DNA of 32,000 nt from an uncultured bacterium (GTDB taxonomy: Bacteria > Auribacterota > JACPWU01), in assembly GCA_964640155.1 (NCBI GenBank), contig CAZXEQ010000002.1:420001-452000 (forward strand), read 5' to 3'. Positions 17,418-25,744 of this stretch are shown piece after piece. A program made the position numbers and the translations under genes. The notes beneath the pieces were generated by a model, which was not told the DNA's origin, did not search any database, and worked only from the letters and a program-made list of their open reading frames with translations. How positions within the stretch are numbered: the first letter of the stretch is position 1; every line of letters starts with the position of its first letter.

Positions 17418-18368
17418 TTATTGTCCAGAAACAGGTACTGTTTTAGTTTTACCCCACTCCGCTGCTTTATCTTTCAGCTTTCTAAATTTTGATGAAACAC
17501 TCTCCAACTTTGCTTCCCATTCTGGATTGGGTGTTTGTCCCTGAATTGCACGATGATAAGTGAGAATCATGGTGCATAGAGCCAAAGGATTAAAGAGGGC
17601 AAGTTTAACCAGATAAGCGATGATGATTACTGAGAATCCAACCGCTGTACGAATTCCAGGAAACATGCTTTGTAAGCCCATTCCTGGTAACATCAGAATC
17701 AAAGCAATGACTGAAAAAGAAATCAATCCTAAAACTCCAATCACCAACGCATTTTTTAGAATTTCTTTATAGCTTTGAGCATACAAAACAATTCCTTCTT
17801 TTGCAGAAGTCCAAGGATTTTCGTCTTTTTTAGAAAGGCTATAACTCAAAATAGCTTCATCTATATAGCTCACGCTTAAATTGATAATCGCCATGACAAA
17901 TTGTGCAAGCTTATCTAGGCCTGGAAGAGGAAGCCAGCTTGTAATAGAGAGCACCAAGCGATTAAGAGATTTCAAAATGGCTTTTACCAATTGATCAATT
18001 CCAAATAAAATAGAAACATCTTTAACGCGAGCTTTGACCAATTCTTTTCCATATTCTACTTGAGAGCGGCCTTCGGGGAGATGTCCTGTCAAAACAAGTT
18101 CCGTCAGAACAGCAATGTGAGCAGCTTTAATAAGATAGAGAATATATTCTCTGGCATAGTAAACAAGAACTCCGTAAAGGCCTAAGCCACTTAAAAAGAT
18201 AATGGCTGCAATGCTATGAATGAGATAACACAATCCTCCTACCAGTAAGAAGTAGAGCAAAGTAACCCCAGCAAAAATGCCATACACCGTTAAATTCAAA
18301 AAGATGAAAGGAGATGTTTTCTTAAGTAGAGCAAAACCTTCTTTAAGATTTCCTGTGATGCCAGCCAT
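17418..18368 (-). CDS. Integral membrane protein of unknown function
   Basis: The 316-aa product has several long hydrophobic helices (for example FIFLNLTVYGIFAGVTLLYFLLVGGLCYLI and VIGVLGLISFSVIALILMLPG). AGGAGG precedes the ATG. I recognise no family motif. Confidence 0.65.
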   Translation of the reverse strand: MAGITGNLKEGFALLKKTSPFIFLNLTVYGIFAGVTLLYFLLVGGLCYLIHSIAAIIFLSGLGLYGVLVYYAREYILYLIKAAHIAVLTELVLTGHLPEGRSQVEYGKELVKARVKDVSILFGIDQLVKAILKSLNRLVLSITSWLPLPGLDKLAQFVMAIINLSVSYIDEAILSYSLSKKDENPWTSAKEGIVLYAQSYKEILKNALVIGVLGLISFSVIALILMLPGMGLQSMFPGIRTAVGFSVIIIAYLVKLALFNPLALCTMILTYHRAIQGQTPNPEWEAKLESVSSKFRKLKDKAAEWGKTKTVPVSGQ

Positions 18369-18429
18369 GAGAACCTCCTATGGGATGCTTATTTATTGTC
18401 GAAGAATTGATCGATAGAGTCAATCCCAT

Positions 18430-19386
18430 TTATTTGCCTGCAGCTTTTCTCAAGCGATTCATAATAGCTTTACCGAGACCCATTTCTGGGACAGGTTCTG
18501 CATAGATCATATCAAGTCCTGATTTATCTAGATTGTGAAGACAGGAAAATAAACGAGCAGCAGCTTCTTTCAAATCTCCCTTTTCTGAGAGAATTTCTAT
18601 TTTTGTAAAATCAATTTTGTGGGAAGGTTTTTTAAAAGACAAAAGCCCGATTTTTTTCCCTGGGACTAATTTCTTTTCTTCCGTGATTAAAAGAGGTGTT
18701 CTGGGAGCATAGTGTTTATCAAGTTGTCCTGGGGATTTTTTATTCTTTGCATCTGAGATTGCAACTTTCCCAATGACAGACTCTATCTCTTCTGAGGTGA
18801 GTCCTCCGGGTCTTAAAAGCAAAGGCTCTTTTTCTGTAAAATCAATTACCGTAGATTCAAGCCCAATGGAACAAGGACCTCCATCCAAAATCATGTCAAT
18901 TTTTTGTCCCAATTGTTCTTTTACATGCTCTGCTGTAGTAGGGCTTAAATATTCGAAAGGGTTAGCACTTGGAGCTGCTATGGGAATATTGGCAGCAGCA
19001 AGTAGTTCTAGTGCTATTCTGTGAGAAGGCATACGTATGGCAACGGTAGGGTGTCCAGATGTCACAATATCTGGAATGATAGGTTTTTTGAAAAGCACAA
19101 GAGTCAAAGGACCAGGCCAAAATGTTTTTATTAATTTTTGTGCTTTATCTGGAATTTCAGTGACAAGCTGTTTCAATTGATCCAAATGATGAATATGCAC
19201 AATCAATGGATCAAATTGAGGACGGTTTTTAACTTCAAATATTTTTGCAACAGCTAAGGGATTGAGGGCATCGCCCCCTAGTCCATAAACCGTTTCTGTC
19301 GGAAAAGCGACAAGCCCTCCTTTTTTTAAAACAGAGGCGGCTTCCTGAATAGAAGAACGTGTTGCAGAAGTCAGTTTCACGGCCAA
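18430..19386 (-). CDS. tsaC: L-threonylcarbamoyladenylate synthase (Sua5/YwlC/TsaC family, long form)
   Basis: The YrdC-domain blocks are GGLVAFPTETVYGLG, KNRP..DPLIVH and FWPGPLTLVL. The Sua5 C-terminal extension is also present. Confidence 0.88.
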   Translation of the reverse strand: MAVKLTSATRSSIQEAASVLKKGGLVAFPTETVYGLGGDALNPLAVAKIFEVKNRPQFDPLIVHIHHLDQLKQLVTEIPDKAQKLIKTFWPGPLTLVLFKKPIIPDIVTSGHPTVAIRMPSHRIALELLAAANIPIAAPSANPFEYLSPTTAEHVKEQLGQKIDMILDGGPCSIGLESTVIDFTEKEPLLLRPGGLTSEEIESVIGKVAISDAKNKKSPGQLDKHYAPRTPLLITEEKKLVPGKKIGLLSFKKPSHKIDFTKIEILSEKGDLKEAAARLFSCLHNLDKSGLDMIYAEPVPEMGLGKAIMNRLRKAAGK

Positions 19387-19856
19387 GATTTTCGAAGAGC
19401 TTTGTCATCTTTTGCGAGCTCATCTCTTTTTTTCTCTTGGTAGTCAGCAATTCTTGTTCGAAGTTTATTATCACTGAGCGCGAGGATTTTTGCTGCTGCC
19501 AGAGCTGCTTGATCTGGTTCCAAAATAAATAGAGGACAAACTCCTGAAGGCATGCGAAGACTTGAGAAAATATCGGTTCCGCCAAATTTTTCACTATAAG
19601 GGGGACAAGCAATCACGGGTTGAGAGGTGCTGGCATCGACAAAAGCGCTTAGGGCGTTGCTACGGCCAGCAATGGTGATATAAACAACATTTTCTTTTTC
19701 ATGTTCTTTGATAATTTCAAGAACCTTTAAAGGTATTTTGTGTGCAGACGCAACTCTTAAAAAATAAGGCACTTCGAGTTCCTCTAATACTTTTGTAATT
19801 TTTTGAGTGTGATCTAAATCTCCTTTTGAAGCCATGATAATCATGATTTTGCTCAT
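19377..19856 (-). CDS. purE: AIR carboxylase, class II PurE-like
   Basis: It has the PurE fold pattern (IIMASKGD...RVASAHK). In place of the class I AGGAAHLPG loop it has AGRSNALS...PVIACPP...SSLRMPSG. As I recall it, that matches the class II pattern of the animal PAICS AIRc domain (AGRSNGLGPV...PVISCPP...SSLRLPSG). Confidence 0.75.
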   Translation of the reverse strand: MSKIMIIMASKGDLDHTQKITKVLEELEVPYFLRVASAHKIPLKVLEIIKEHEKENVVYITIAGRSNALSAFVDASTSQPVIACPPYSEKFGGTDIFSSLRMPSGVCPLFILEPDQAALAAAKILALSDNKLRTRIADYQEKKRDELAKDDKALRKSWP

Positions 19857-20016
19857 TCGAAGCTCCTTATAATTAAAGAGTATAACATATTGTCTAAGAG
19901 TATATTATGTCTTAAAATATATCAAAATAAAACATTTTAACTTTTGTCTATTTATTGCCTCAAATATAATAGACTTTCTATTGAATTGATTCTAGCGATT
20001 CTTTGTTATATAAAGG

Positions 20017-20499
20017 ATGTCTATGCAGACAAAACCCGTAGAAGTGTTGTTGAAAGAAAAGAAAATTTATGAAATTGTGAACCCTCGTTTGGTTCAGGCC
20101 CCGCCAGAAATTTCAGTTGCGGAGGCTGTTCGACTCATGCAGGAAAAAAAATCGGGATATATTGTTATTGCAAAAAAAAATAAAGTAGCAGGTATTTTTA
20201 CAGAAGTAGATGTTGCTATAAAACTTTTAAATTATGAGATGGATTGGACAAAAGCGGTCAGTGAATACATGACCCCAGATCCTGTTATTTTAAAGCTTAC
20301 GGATTCTGTTGGGATGGCCATTGATTTAATGGGGAATGGAAATTTTTATCACATTCCTTTGGTGGATGAACAAGCAAATTTGGTAAATGTTCTTTCTGTG
20401 AGAACTTTGATTCGTTTTCTCGCAGCATTTTATCCGACTGAAATTTATAATCTGCCACCCAAGTTTGATCAGATCATGGAAACTCAGGAAGGTGGTTAA
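20017..20499 (+). CDS. CBS-domain pair protein
   Basis: The ~160-aa product has two CBS-like units (VAEAVRLMQEKKSGYIVI...GIFTEVD and MAIDLMGNGNFYHIPLVD...LVNVLSVRTL). The ATG at 20023 has better SD spacing than 20017. Confidence 0.78.
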   Translation: MSMQTKPVEVLLKEKKIYEIVNPRLVQAPPEISVAEAVRLMQEKKSGYIVIAKKNKVAGIFTEVDVAIKLLNYEMDWTKAVSEYMTPDPVILKLTDSVGMAIDLMGNGNFYHIPLVDEQANLVNVLSVRTLIRFLAAFYPTEIYNLPPKFDQIMETQEGG

Positions 20500-20505
20500 G
20501 ATTTT

Positions 20506-22359
20506 ATGAGTGTTGCACAAAAATTAGAAAAATCTAAAACAGTTGTATCTGCTATTACCGTTAGATTTGGTGGAGACTCCGGTGATGGTATGCAGTTGAC
20601 CGGAGATCAATTCACTGATACGACGGCGGTGATGGGCAACGATTTTGCTACCTTACCCGAATACCCAGCAGAAATTCGAGCCCCAGCAGGGAGTCTCCCA
20701 GGGGTGAGCAGTTTTCAAATACAATTTTCGGAAAATGTTATTTTTACGCCTGGAGATTTAGCGGATGTTCTCGTAGCGATGAATCCTGCTGCTTTGAAAG
20801 TGAATATCAAAGCGATTAAAAAAAGTGGAATGATTATCGTCAATGAAAACACTTTTACAGAAGATAATCTTAAGAAAGCAGCCTGGAAAAATAACCCTCT
20901 TTTAGATCAGACCCTGAAAGATTTTCAATTGGTGAAAGTTCCCCTTTCAGATCTCACGCGCAATGCTTTAAAAGATCATCCTCTTAAATTAACAGAAGTC
21001 GAACGTTGTAAAAATTTCTTTGCCTTAGGGATGATGTTTTGGCTCTATGACCGAACTTCAGAGCATACTGTGGAGTGGATACGAAAGAAGTTTTCCAAAC
21101 GCCCTGAAATGGTGGAAGCCAATATTGCTGCGTTAAAAGCAGGTTTTAATTATGCGGATATTACGGAAACTTTTCCTGTTCAATATCAAGTTCAAAAGAC
21201 CAAGTTAGATCCGGGAACTTATCGAAAAATTTCTGGCAATGAAGCAACTGCCATTGGTCTTGTCACAGCCGCACAACTAGCTCACAAAACTTTATTTTAC
21301 GGCTCTTATCCCATCACTCCTGCAAGTTCTATTTTACATGAATTGGCACGGCATAAAAATTTTGGTGTAAAAACATTTCAAGCAGAAGATGAAATTGCTG
21401 CTATTGGTTCGGCGATTGGTGCCGCTTTTGGAGGAGAATTGGGGGTTACAGCTTCAAGTGGACCCGGTATTTGTTTGAAAGCAGAGGCTTTGAATTTGGC
21501 GGTCATGACAGAGTTGCCGATGGTTGTCATTGATGTTCAAAGAGCGGGACCGAGTACGGGTATGCCTACCAAAACAGAGCAGGGGGATCTTTTACAAGTC
21601 CTTTTTGGTCGCAACAGTGATTCTCCTGTGGCTGTGGTGGCTCCTAAAACACCTTCGGATTGTTTTGATATGATCATCGAAGCAGTGCGATTGGCTATGA
21701 AATACATGACGCCTGTGATTTTTCTATCAGAAGGTTATTTAGCGGAGGCAGCAGAACCGTGGAAACTTCCTGAAATTAATCAATTACCTAAAATAGAAAT
21801 AACGCATCCTAAAGCGACGAAAGAGCCTTTTCTTCCTTACTCGCGCGACCCTCAAACTTTAGCTCGACCCTGGGCCATTCCTGGAACTCCTGGACTTGAG
21901 CATCGTATTGGAGGTTTGTCCAAGGCTGATCTGACTGGGAATGTAAGTTATGATCCTGAGAATCATGAGAAAATGATTTATTTGCGTCGTCAGAAAATTG
22001 AAGGAATCGCATCTGATATTCCTGATGCCACGATTCGAGGCCCACAATCTGGAAAGCTTTTAGTTCTGGGATGGGGAGGGACCTATGGTGCTATTTATCA
22101 GGCCATCACTCAACTTGAAGAAGAAAAAATTCAGGTTTCTCATGTGCATTTAAATCATTTGAATCCTTTTCCAAAAAACTTGAGCGAAATTTTAAAAAGA
22201 TTTGAGAAAATCTTAATCCCTGAATTAAATTTTGGGCATCTCTTGATGCTTTTGCGTTTTCAATTCCCTCATGTGAATGCCATGGGAATGAATAAGCTTC
22301 AGGGACATCCCTTTCATGTTTTAGAAATGGTTAATAAAATAAAAGAGGTGGTAGTATGA
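20506..22359 (+). CDS. korA: 2-oxoacid:ferredoxin (acceptor) oxidoreductase, alpha subunit (fused gamma-alpha type)
   Basis: The N-terminus FGGDSGDGMQLTG matches the gamma-like domain. It is followed by GNEA.A.G and YPITPAS blocks of the alpha subunit. The size and two-gene layout match KorAB-type OFORs. 2-oxoglutarate specificity is inferred, not shown. Confidence 0.82.
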   Translation: MSVAQKLEKSKTVVSAITVRFGGDSGDGMQLTGDQFTDTTAVMGNDFATLPEYPAEIRAPAGSLPGVSSFQIQFSENVIFTPGDLADVLVAMNPAALKVNIKAIKKSGMIIVNENTFTEDNLKKAAWKNNPLLDQTLKDFQLVKVPLSDLTRNALKDHPLKLTEVERCKNFFALGMMFWLYDRTSEHTVEWIRKKFSKRPEMVEANIAALKAGFNYADITETFPVQYQVQKTKLDPGTYRKISGNEATAIGLVTAAQLAHKTLFYGSYPITPASSILHELARHKNFGVKTFQAEDEIAAIGSAIGAAFGGELGVTASSGPGICLKAEALNLAVMTELPMVVIDVQRAGPSTGMPTKTEQGDLLQVLFGRNSDSPVAVVAPKTPSDCFDMIIEAVRLAMKYMTPVIFLSEGYLAEAAEPWKLPEINQLPKIEITHPKATKEPFLPYSRDPQTLARPWAIPGTPGLEHRIGGLSKADLTGNVSYDPENHEKMIYLRRQKIEGIASDIPDATIRGPQSGKLLVLGWGGTYGAIYQAITQLEEEKIQVSHVHLNHLNPFPKNLSEILKRFEKILIPELNFGHLLMLLRFQFPHVNAMGMNKLQGHPFHVLEMVNKIKEVVV

Positions 22360-23384
22360 GCCCCGTGACGACAACACCTACAGCATTGCCTTATAGAAAA
22401 GAAGATTTTGAATCCAACCAAGATGTAAGATGGTGTCCAGGTTGTGGAGATTATTCAATCTTGGGGACTATGCAAAGGACTTTGGCAAAGTCGGCTTTGC
22501 CCATAGAAAAATATGTTTTTGTTTCAGGCATTGGTTGTTCCAGCCGCTTCCCTTATTATATGAATACGTATGGTTTCCATACCATTCATGGGCGGGCTCC
22601 AACGATTGCAACAGGCCTACGATGCGTTAATCCAGAGCTTTCAGTTTGGGTAGTGACGGGAGATGGAGATGGCTTAAGCATTGGAGGTAACCACTTAATC
22701 CATTGTATGCGCCGTAATTTGGATATTAATATTCTTTTGGTGAATAATCGCATTTATGGTTTAACCAAAGGACAGTATTCTCCAACTTCTGAAACAGGGA
22801 AAATTACAAAATCCTCTCCTTATGGGACGATTGAGCATCCGATTAATGCGCTGTGTATTGCGATTGCTTCAGAAGCAACTTTTATTGCGAGAACTTTGGA
22901 TACAGATCCTGCGCATATGGGGTATGTTTTGGAACGAGCAGCCCAACATAAAGGGGTTTCGTTTATTGAAATTTATCAGAATTGTATTATTTTTAATGAC
23001 AAAACATTTACCACAGTGACGGGACGGGATACGCGAAATGACCGTATGGTTTATTTAGAGCATGGGAAACCTCTGGTTTTTGGAAAGAAGCGTGATCAAG
23101 CCATTCGTCTGAAAGGGCTTCAGCCAGAGGTTGTGGACTTGGCTTCTACCGATCCTCAAGATTTATTGATTCATAATGAAAAAGATCCTCTGCCCCATTA
23201 TTCCTATTTATTAACACAGATGAATTATCCAGAAATGCCAGTTCCTTTCGGTATTTTCAGGGCGATTGAGCGTCCCACTTATGATGAAATGATGGATCAG
23301 CAAATTAAAGAGGCGACTCGTTCTAAAGGTAAAGGAGATCTTAAGAGTTTGATTTATGGGGATAACACTTGGGAGGTTCAATGA
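22356..23384 (+). CDS. korB: 2-oxoacid:ferredoxin oxidoreductase, beta subunit (TPP-binding)
   Basis: It has the WCPGCGDY Cys motif, GIGCSSR, and the TPP/Mg motif VTGDGDGLSIGGNH...NN.IYGLTKGQ. It overlaps the korA stop. Confidence 0.88.
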   Translation: MSPVTTTPTALPYRKEDFESNQDVRWCPGCGDYSILGTMQRTLAKSALPIEKYVFVSGIGCSSRFPYYMNTYGFHTIHGRAPTIATGLRCVNPELSVWVVTGDGDGLSIGGNHLIHCMRRNLDINILLVNNRIYGLTKGQYSPTSETGKITKSSPYGTIEHPINALCIAIASEATFIARTLDTDPAHMGYVLERAAQHKGVSFIEIYQNCIIFNDKTFTTVTGRDTRNDRMVYLEHGKPLVFGKKRDQAIRLKGLQPEVVDLASTDPQDLLIHNEKDPLPHYSYLLTQMNYPEMPVPFGIFRAIERPTYDEMMDQQIKEATRSKGKGDLKSLIYGDNTWEVQ

Positions 23385-23920
23385 AAATCAAATGTCCATA
23401 TTGCAGTCATGAAAATATTCAAGGGGAAGATCGCTGCTCACAGTGTTTTCATTCTCTGATGCAAAGGGATTTGCCCAAGCCTAAAAAGGATGATTCTTTT
23501 CAAAGCGTGATGATGACTGCTCCAATCTCAGAACTTTTAACAGGCAAAGATTTGCTTGTGGCAGAAACTCAAGATAGCGTTCAAAAAATTGTTCGGATTT
23601 TTCAAAAAGAAAATAAAAACTGCATTTTGATTTATAAAAAAAAGAAATTGGTTGGGATTATCAGTTTAAGAGATCTTTTGTGGAAAGTAGCTGGGAAAAA
23701 TCAAGATCTTACAAAAATAAAAGCTCAAGATATTATGACGCCCAATCCAGAGTATGTTCGAGCAGAACATCCTATTGCCTATGCTGTCAATAAAATGTCT
23801 ATGGGTGGGTTTCGCCATCTTCCTGTTTTGGCAGCCGATGGAGCTCCCTTAAGTATTATCATGATCAAAGATGTATTGAAGTACTTATCCCGCCGGAATA
23901 AATCAAAGGCAAATAACTAA
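23381..23920 (+). CDS. Zinc-ribbon + CBS-pair protein
   Basis: The N-terminus has CPYC-X11-CSQC, followed by two CBS units (VQKIVRIFQKENKNCILI and AYAVNKMSMGGFRHLPVL). The ATG at 23381 overlaps the korB TGA (ATGA). The track start at 23369 is less likely. Confidence 0.75.
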   Translation: MKIKCPYCSHENIQGEDRCSQCFHSLMQRDLPKPKKDDSFQSVMMTAPISELLTGKDLLVAETQDSVQKIVRIFQKENKNCILIYKKKKLVGIISLRDLLWKVAGKNQDLTKIKAQDIMTPNPEYVRAEHPIAYAVNKMSMGGFRHLPVLAADGAPLSIIMIKDVLKYLSRRNKSKANN

Positions 23921-25557
23921 TTAGAAGAAAGAATGCTTAATTCTTTCTCAATCTTATTTTTATAATTTCTTTTTTGCTCTTCTAACTCGTCAGAAGTAAA
24001 TAGAGAAAGCTCTTCTAAAACATTCGAAACAATGCCCAGGCATTGCAACCCCCGACAAGGGTTATGACGGATAAAGGTTCTGCGTGTGAAGAAATCCTCG
24101 AGGGTTTGCGCATATTCATGTGTGAAGGCGTATAAAACTTCAGCTTTAATATGGTGATGATTTGGGCAGATACGACTTTCCAAGCTAAATTCTTTAGCGA
24201 GTCTCATTATTTCTATGGCTCTTGCTCCATAATTTTTAATCAAGTGAGAAGCTGTTTCATGGGAGAGCCCCCATTCTTTTTTAAATGCTCCGAGACCAAA
24301 ATTAATTTTTGCTCCTGGTAAAAGGCTTGAGGCTGTTTGACAAGGGTGGTCTTGATGAAGACTCAGTTTTTTTGAGATCTGATCAACAACTTTCTCAGCT
24401 AGGTTACGATAAGTTGTGAATTTTCCCCCTAAAATGCTGATCAAGCCTGGGAAACTTTCTTCAATTTTATATTCACGTGAAACTTGACTTGCTTTTGATC
24501 CTTCTTCAGAAACCAGAGGTCTTAATCCTGCAAAACTTGAGATAATATCTGTCGAAGAAATTTTTCTTTGGGGGAAAACTTTTTGGATTTCTTTTAATAA
24601 ATAATAAATGTCTTTGGATTCCACAGAAACTTCATCGGCCGATTTTGAAAAATCAGTGTCTGTGGTTCCGATAAGAGAATGAGCTCCCCATGGGAGACAG
24701 AAGAAAACACGTCCATCACTTGCTGTGGTCAGTAAAAGAGCATGATGATCACTGAGTCGAGGGAGTACAATGTGAACGCCTTTGGTGGTTCTTAGTCTTG
24801 GGCGTAGTTCTTTCTTTTGAAGTCGTAGAAGTTGATCGACCCATGGCCCTGTGGCATTGACAACGACTTTGGCACGAATTTCAATTTTGTGATTCGAGAG
24901 AATATCTTGGGCTTGTACACCGATAATTTTTTCTCCTTCTCGAATAAAATCAATGGCCTGGCAATAATTTAAACATATGGCTCCACAGTCAATGGCGGAA
25001 AGGATGTTCTCTAGACAAAGTCGAGCATCATTCATTTGTGCATCATAAAAATGAAATATGTTTTTTAGACCTTCTTGCTTGATTTGAGATATTTTTTGAA
25101 TTTGATGAATATCCAATGTTTTATGGGGATGAATATTACTTTGTCCAGCAAGTTTGTCATAAAGACTCAAGCCCAATTTGATTTTCCATAAACTTGGAGA
25201 ATTGTTTTCATAAATGGGAAGAAGAAAGGGAAGAGGATGCACCAAATGAGGAGCAATTTTTAAAAGATGATGGCGTTCATGAAGTGCTTCATAAACCAGT
25301 TTAAGATGTCCTTGTTCAAGATAGCGCAGGCCTCCATGCACCAGTTTTGATGTTTTACTGCTTGTGCCGCTGGCAAAATCATTTTTTTCAATCAGGGCAA
25401 CTTTGAAGCCTCGCAGAGCCGCATCTCGAGCAATGCCTGCTCCATTAATGCCACCACCAATGATGAGAATATCAAAAAGTGTATTTTTGAATTGAGAAAG
25501 GTTGCGATTGGATTCCATAGAATCATTATACTCATGAAAAAGAAATGATGAATACAT
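23917..25557 (-). CDS. glpD: FAD-dependent glycerol-3-phosphate dehydrogenase/oxidase
   Basis: The dinucleotide-binding N-terminus reads DILIIGGGINGAGIARDAALRG..ALIEKNDFASGTSSKTSKLVHGGLRYLE. The start may instead be the ATG at 25518. Confidence 0.85.
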   Translation of the reverse strand: MYSSFLFHEYNDSMESNRNLSQFKNTLFDILIIGGGINGAGIARDAALRGFKVALIEKNDFASGTSSKTSKLVHGGLRYLEQGHLKLVYEALHERHHLLKIAPHLVHPLPFLLPIYENNSPSLWKIKLGLSLYDKLAGQSNIHPHKTLDIHQIQKISQIKQEGLKNIFHFYDAQMNDARLCLENILSAIDCGAICLNYCQAIDFIREGEKIIGVQAQDILSNHKIEIRAKVVVNATGPWVDQLLRLQKKELRPRLRTTKGVHIVLPRLSDHHALLLTTASDGRVFFCLPWGAHSLIGTTDTDFSKSADEVSVESKDIYYLLKEIQKVFPQRKISSTDIISSFAGLRPLVSEEGSKASQVSREYKIEESFPGLISILGGKFTTYRNLAEKVVDQISKKLSLHQDHPCQTASSLLPGAKINFGLGAFKKEWGLSHETASHLIKNYGARAIEIMRLAKEFSLESRICPNHHHIKAEVLYAFTHEYAQTLEDFFTRRTFIRHNPCRGLQCLGIVSNVLEELSLFTSDELEEQKRNYKNKIEKELSILSSN

Positions 25558-25579
25558 CTTCTTTATTAAAATAGTGGGA

Positions 25580-25682
25580 TTTTTTTAGTCAACAGGTCCT
25601 GCCACTCGGCAGCCCCACTGTGCTCCTAAAAGTTGCGCTCAGTGGGGCCCCCCCGCTGAGCGTCACCCGTTGACTAAAAAAA
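25580..25682. repeat. GC-rich structured repeat element, copy A (core 25595-25669)
   Basis: The 75-nt core is collinear with 30647-30721 in the same orientation. Here it is enclosed by a perfect 14-nt inverted repeat, TTTTTTTAGTCAAC/GTTGACTAAAAAAA. Confidence 0.7.
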
Positions 25683-25744
25683 CTAAAAGTAACTTTTAAT
25701 TGCCTTTGGAGGAGATCATCGCCTAGAATCATTCGAGGATCATT

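Noticed and set aside
17234-17446. 70-aa ORF spanning the inverted-repeat-flanked island downstream of pth
   Set aside because: It overlaps the pth 3' end and the convergent gene's 3' end. It has no RBS and its sequence is dictated by the hairpins. The SRP RNA and 6S RNA hypotheses for this island also lack any diagnostic motif I can see.
23917-23920. 4-nt overlap of the convergent stop codons of the Zn-ribbon CBS gene and glpD (CTAATTAG palindrome)
   Set aside because: It is real, but it is a trivial consequence of TAA/TTA complementarity in a compact genome. No hairpin or other signal is associated with it.
25595-25610. TGGCAG...TTGAC on the minus strand of the repeat element as a sigma54 promoter
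   Set aside because: The spacing is off by one, and the -12 element lacks the GC dinucleotide (TTGAC instead of TTGC). The corresponding region of copy B has no -12 match at all.
25580-25682. Copy A of the GC-rich element as a simple Rho-independent terminator
   Set aside because: On both strands the T-run precedes the hairpin and the A-run follows it, the wrong order for an intrinsic terminator. The element also sits between two divergently transcribed genes, so nothing needs terminating there.
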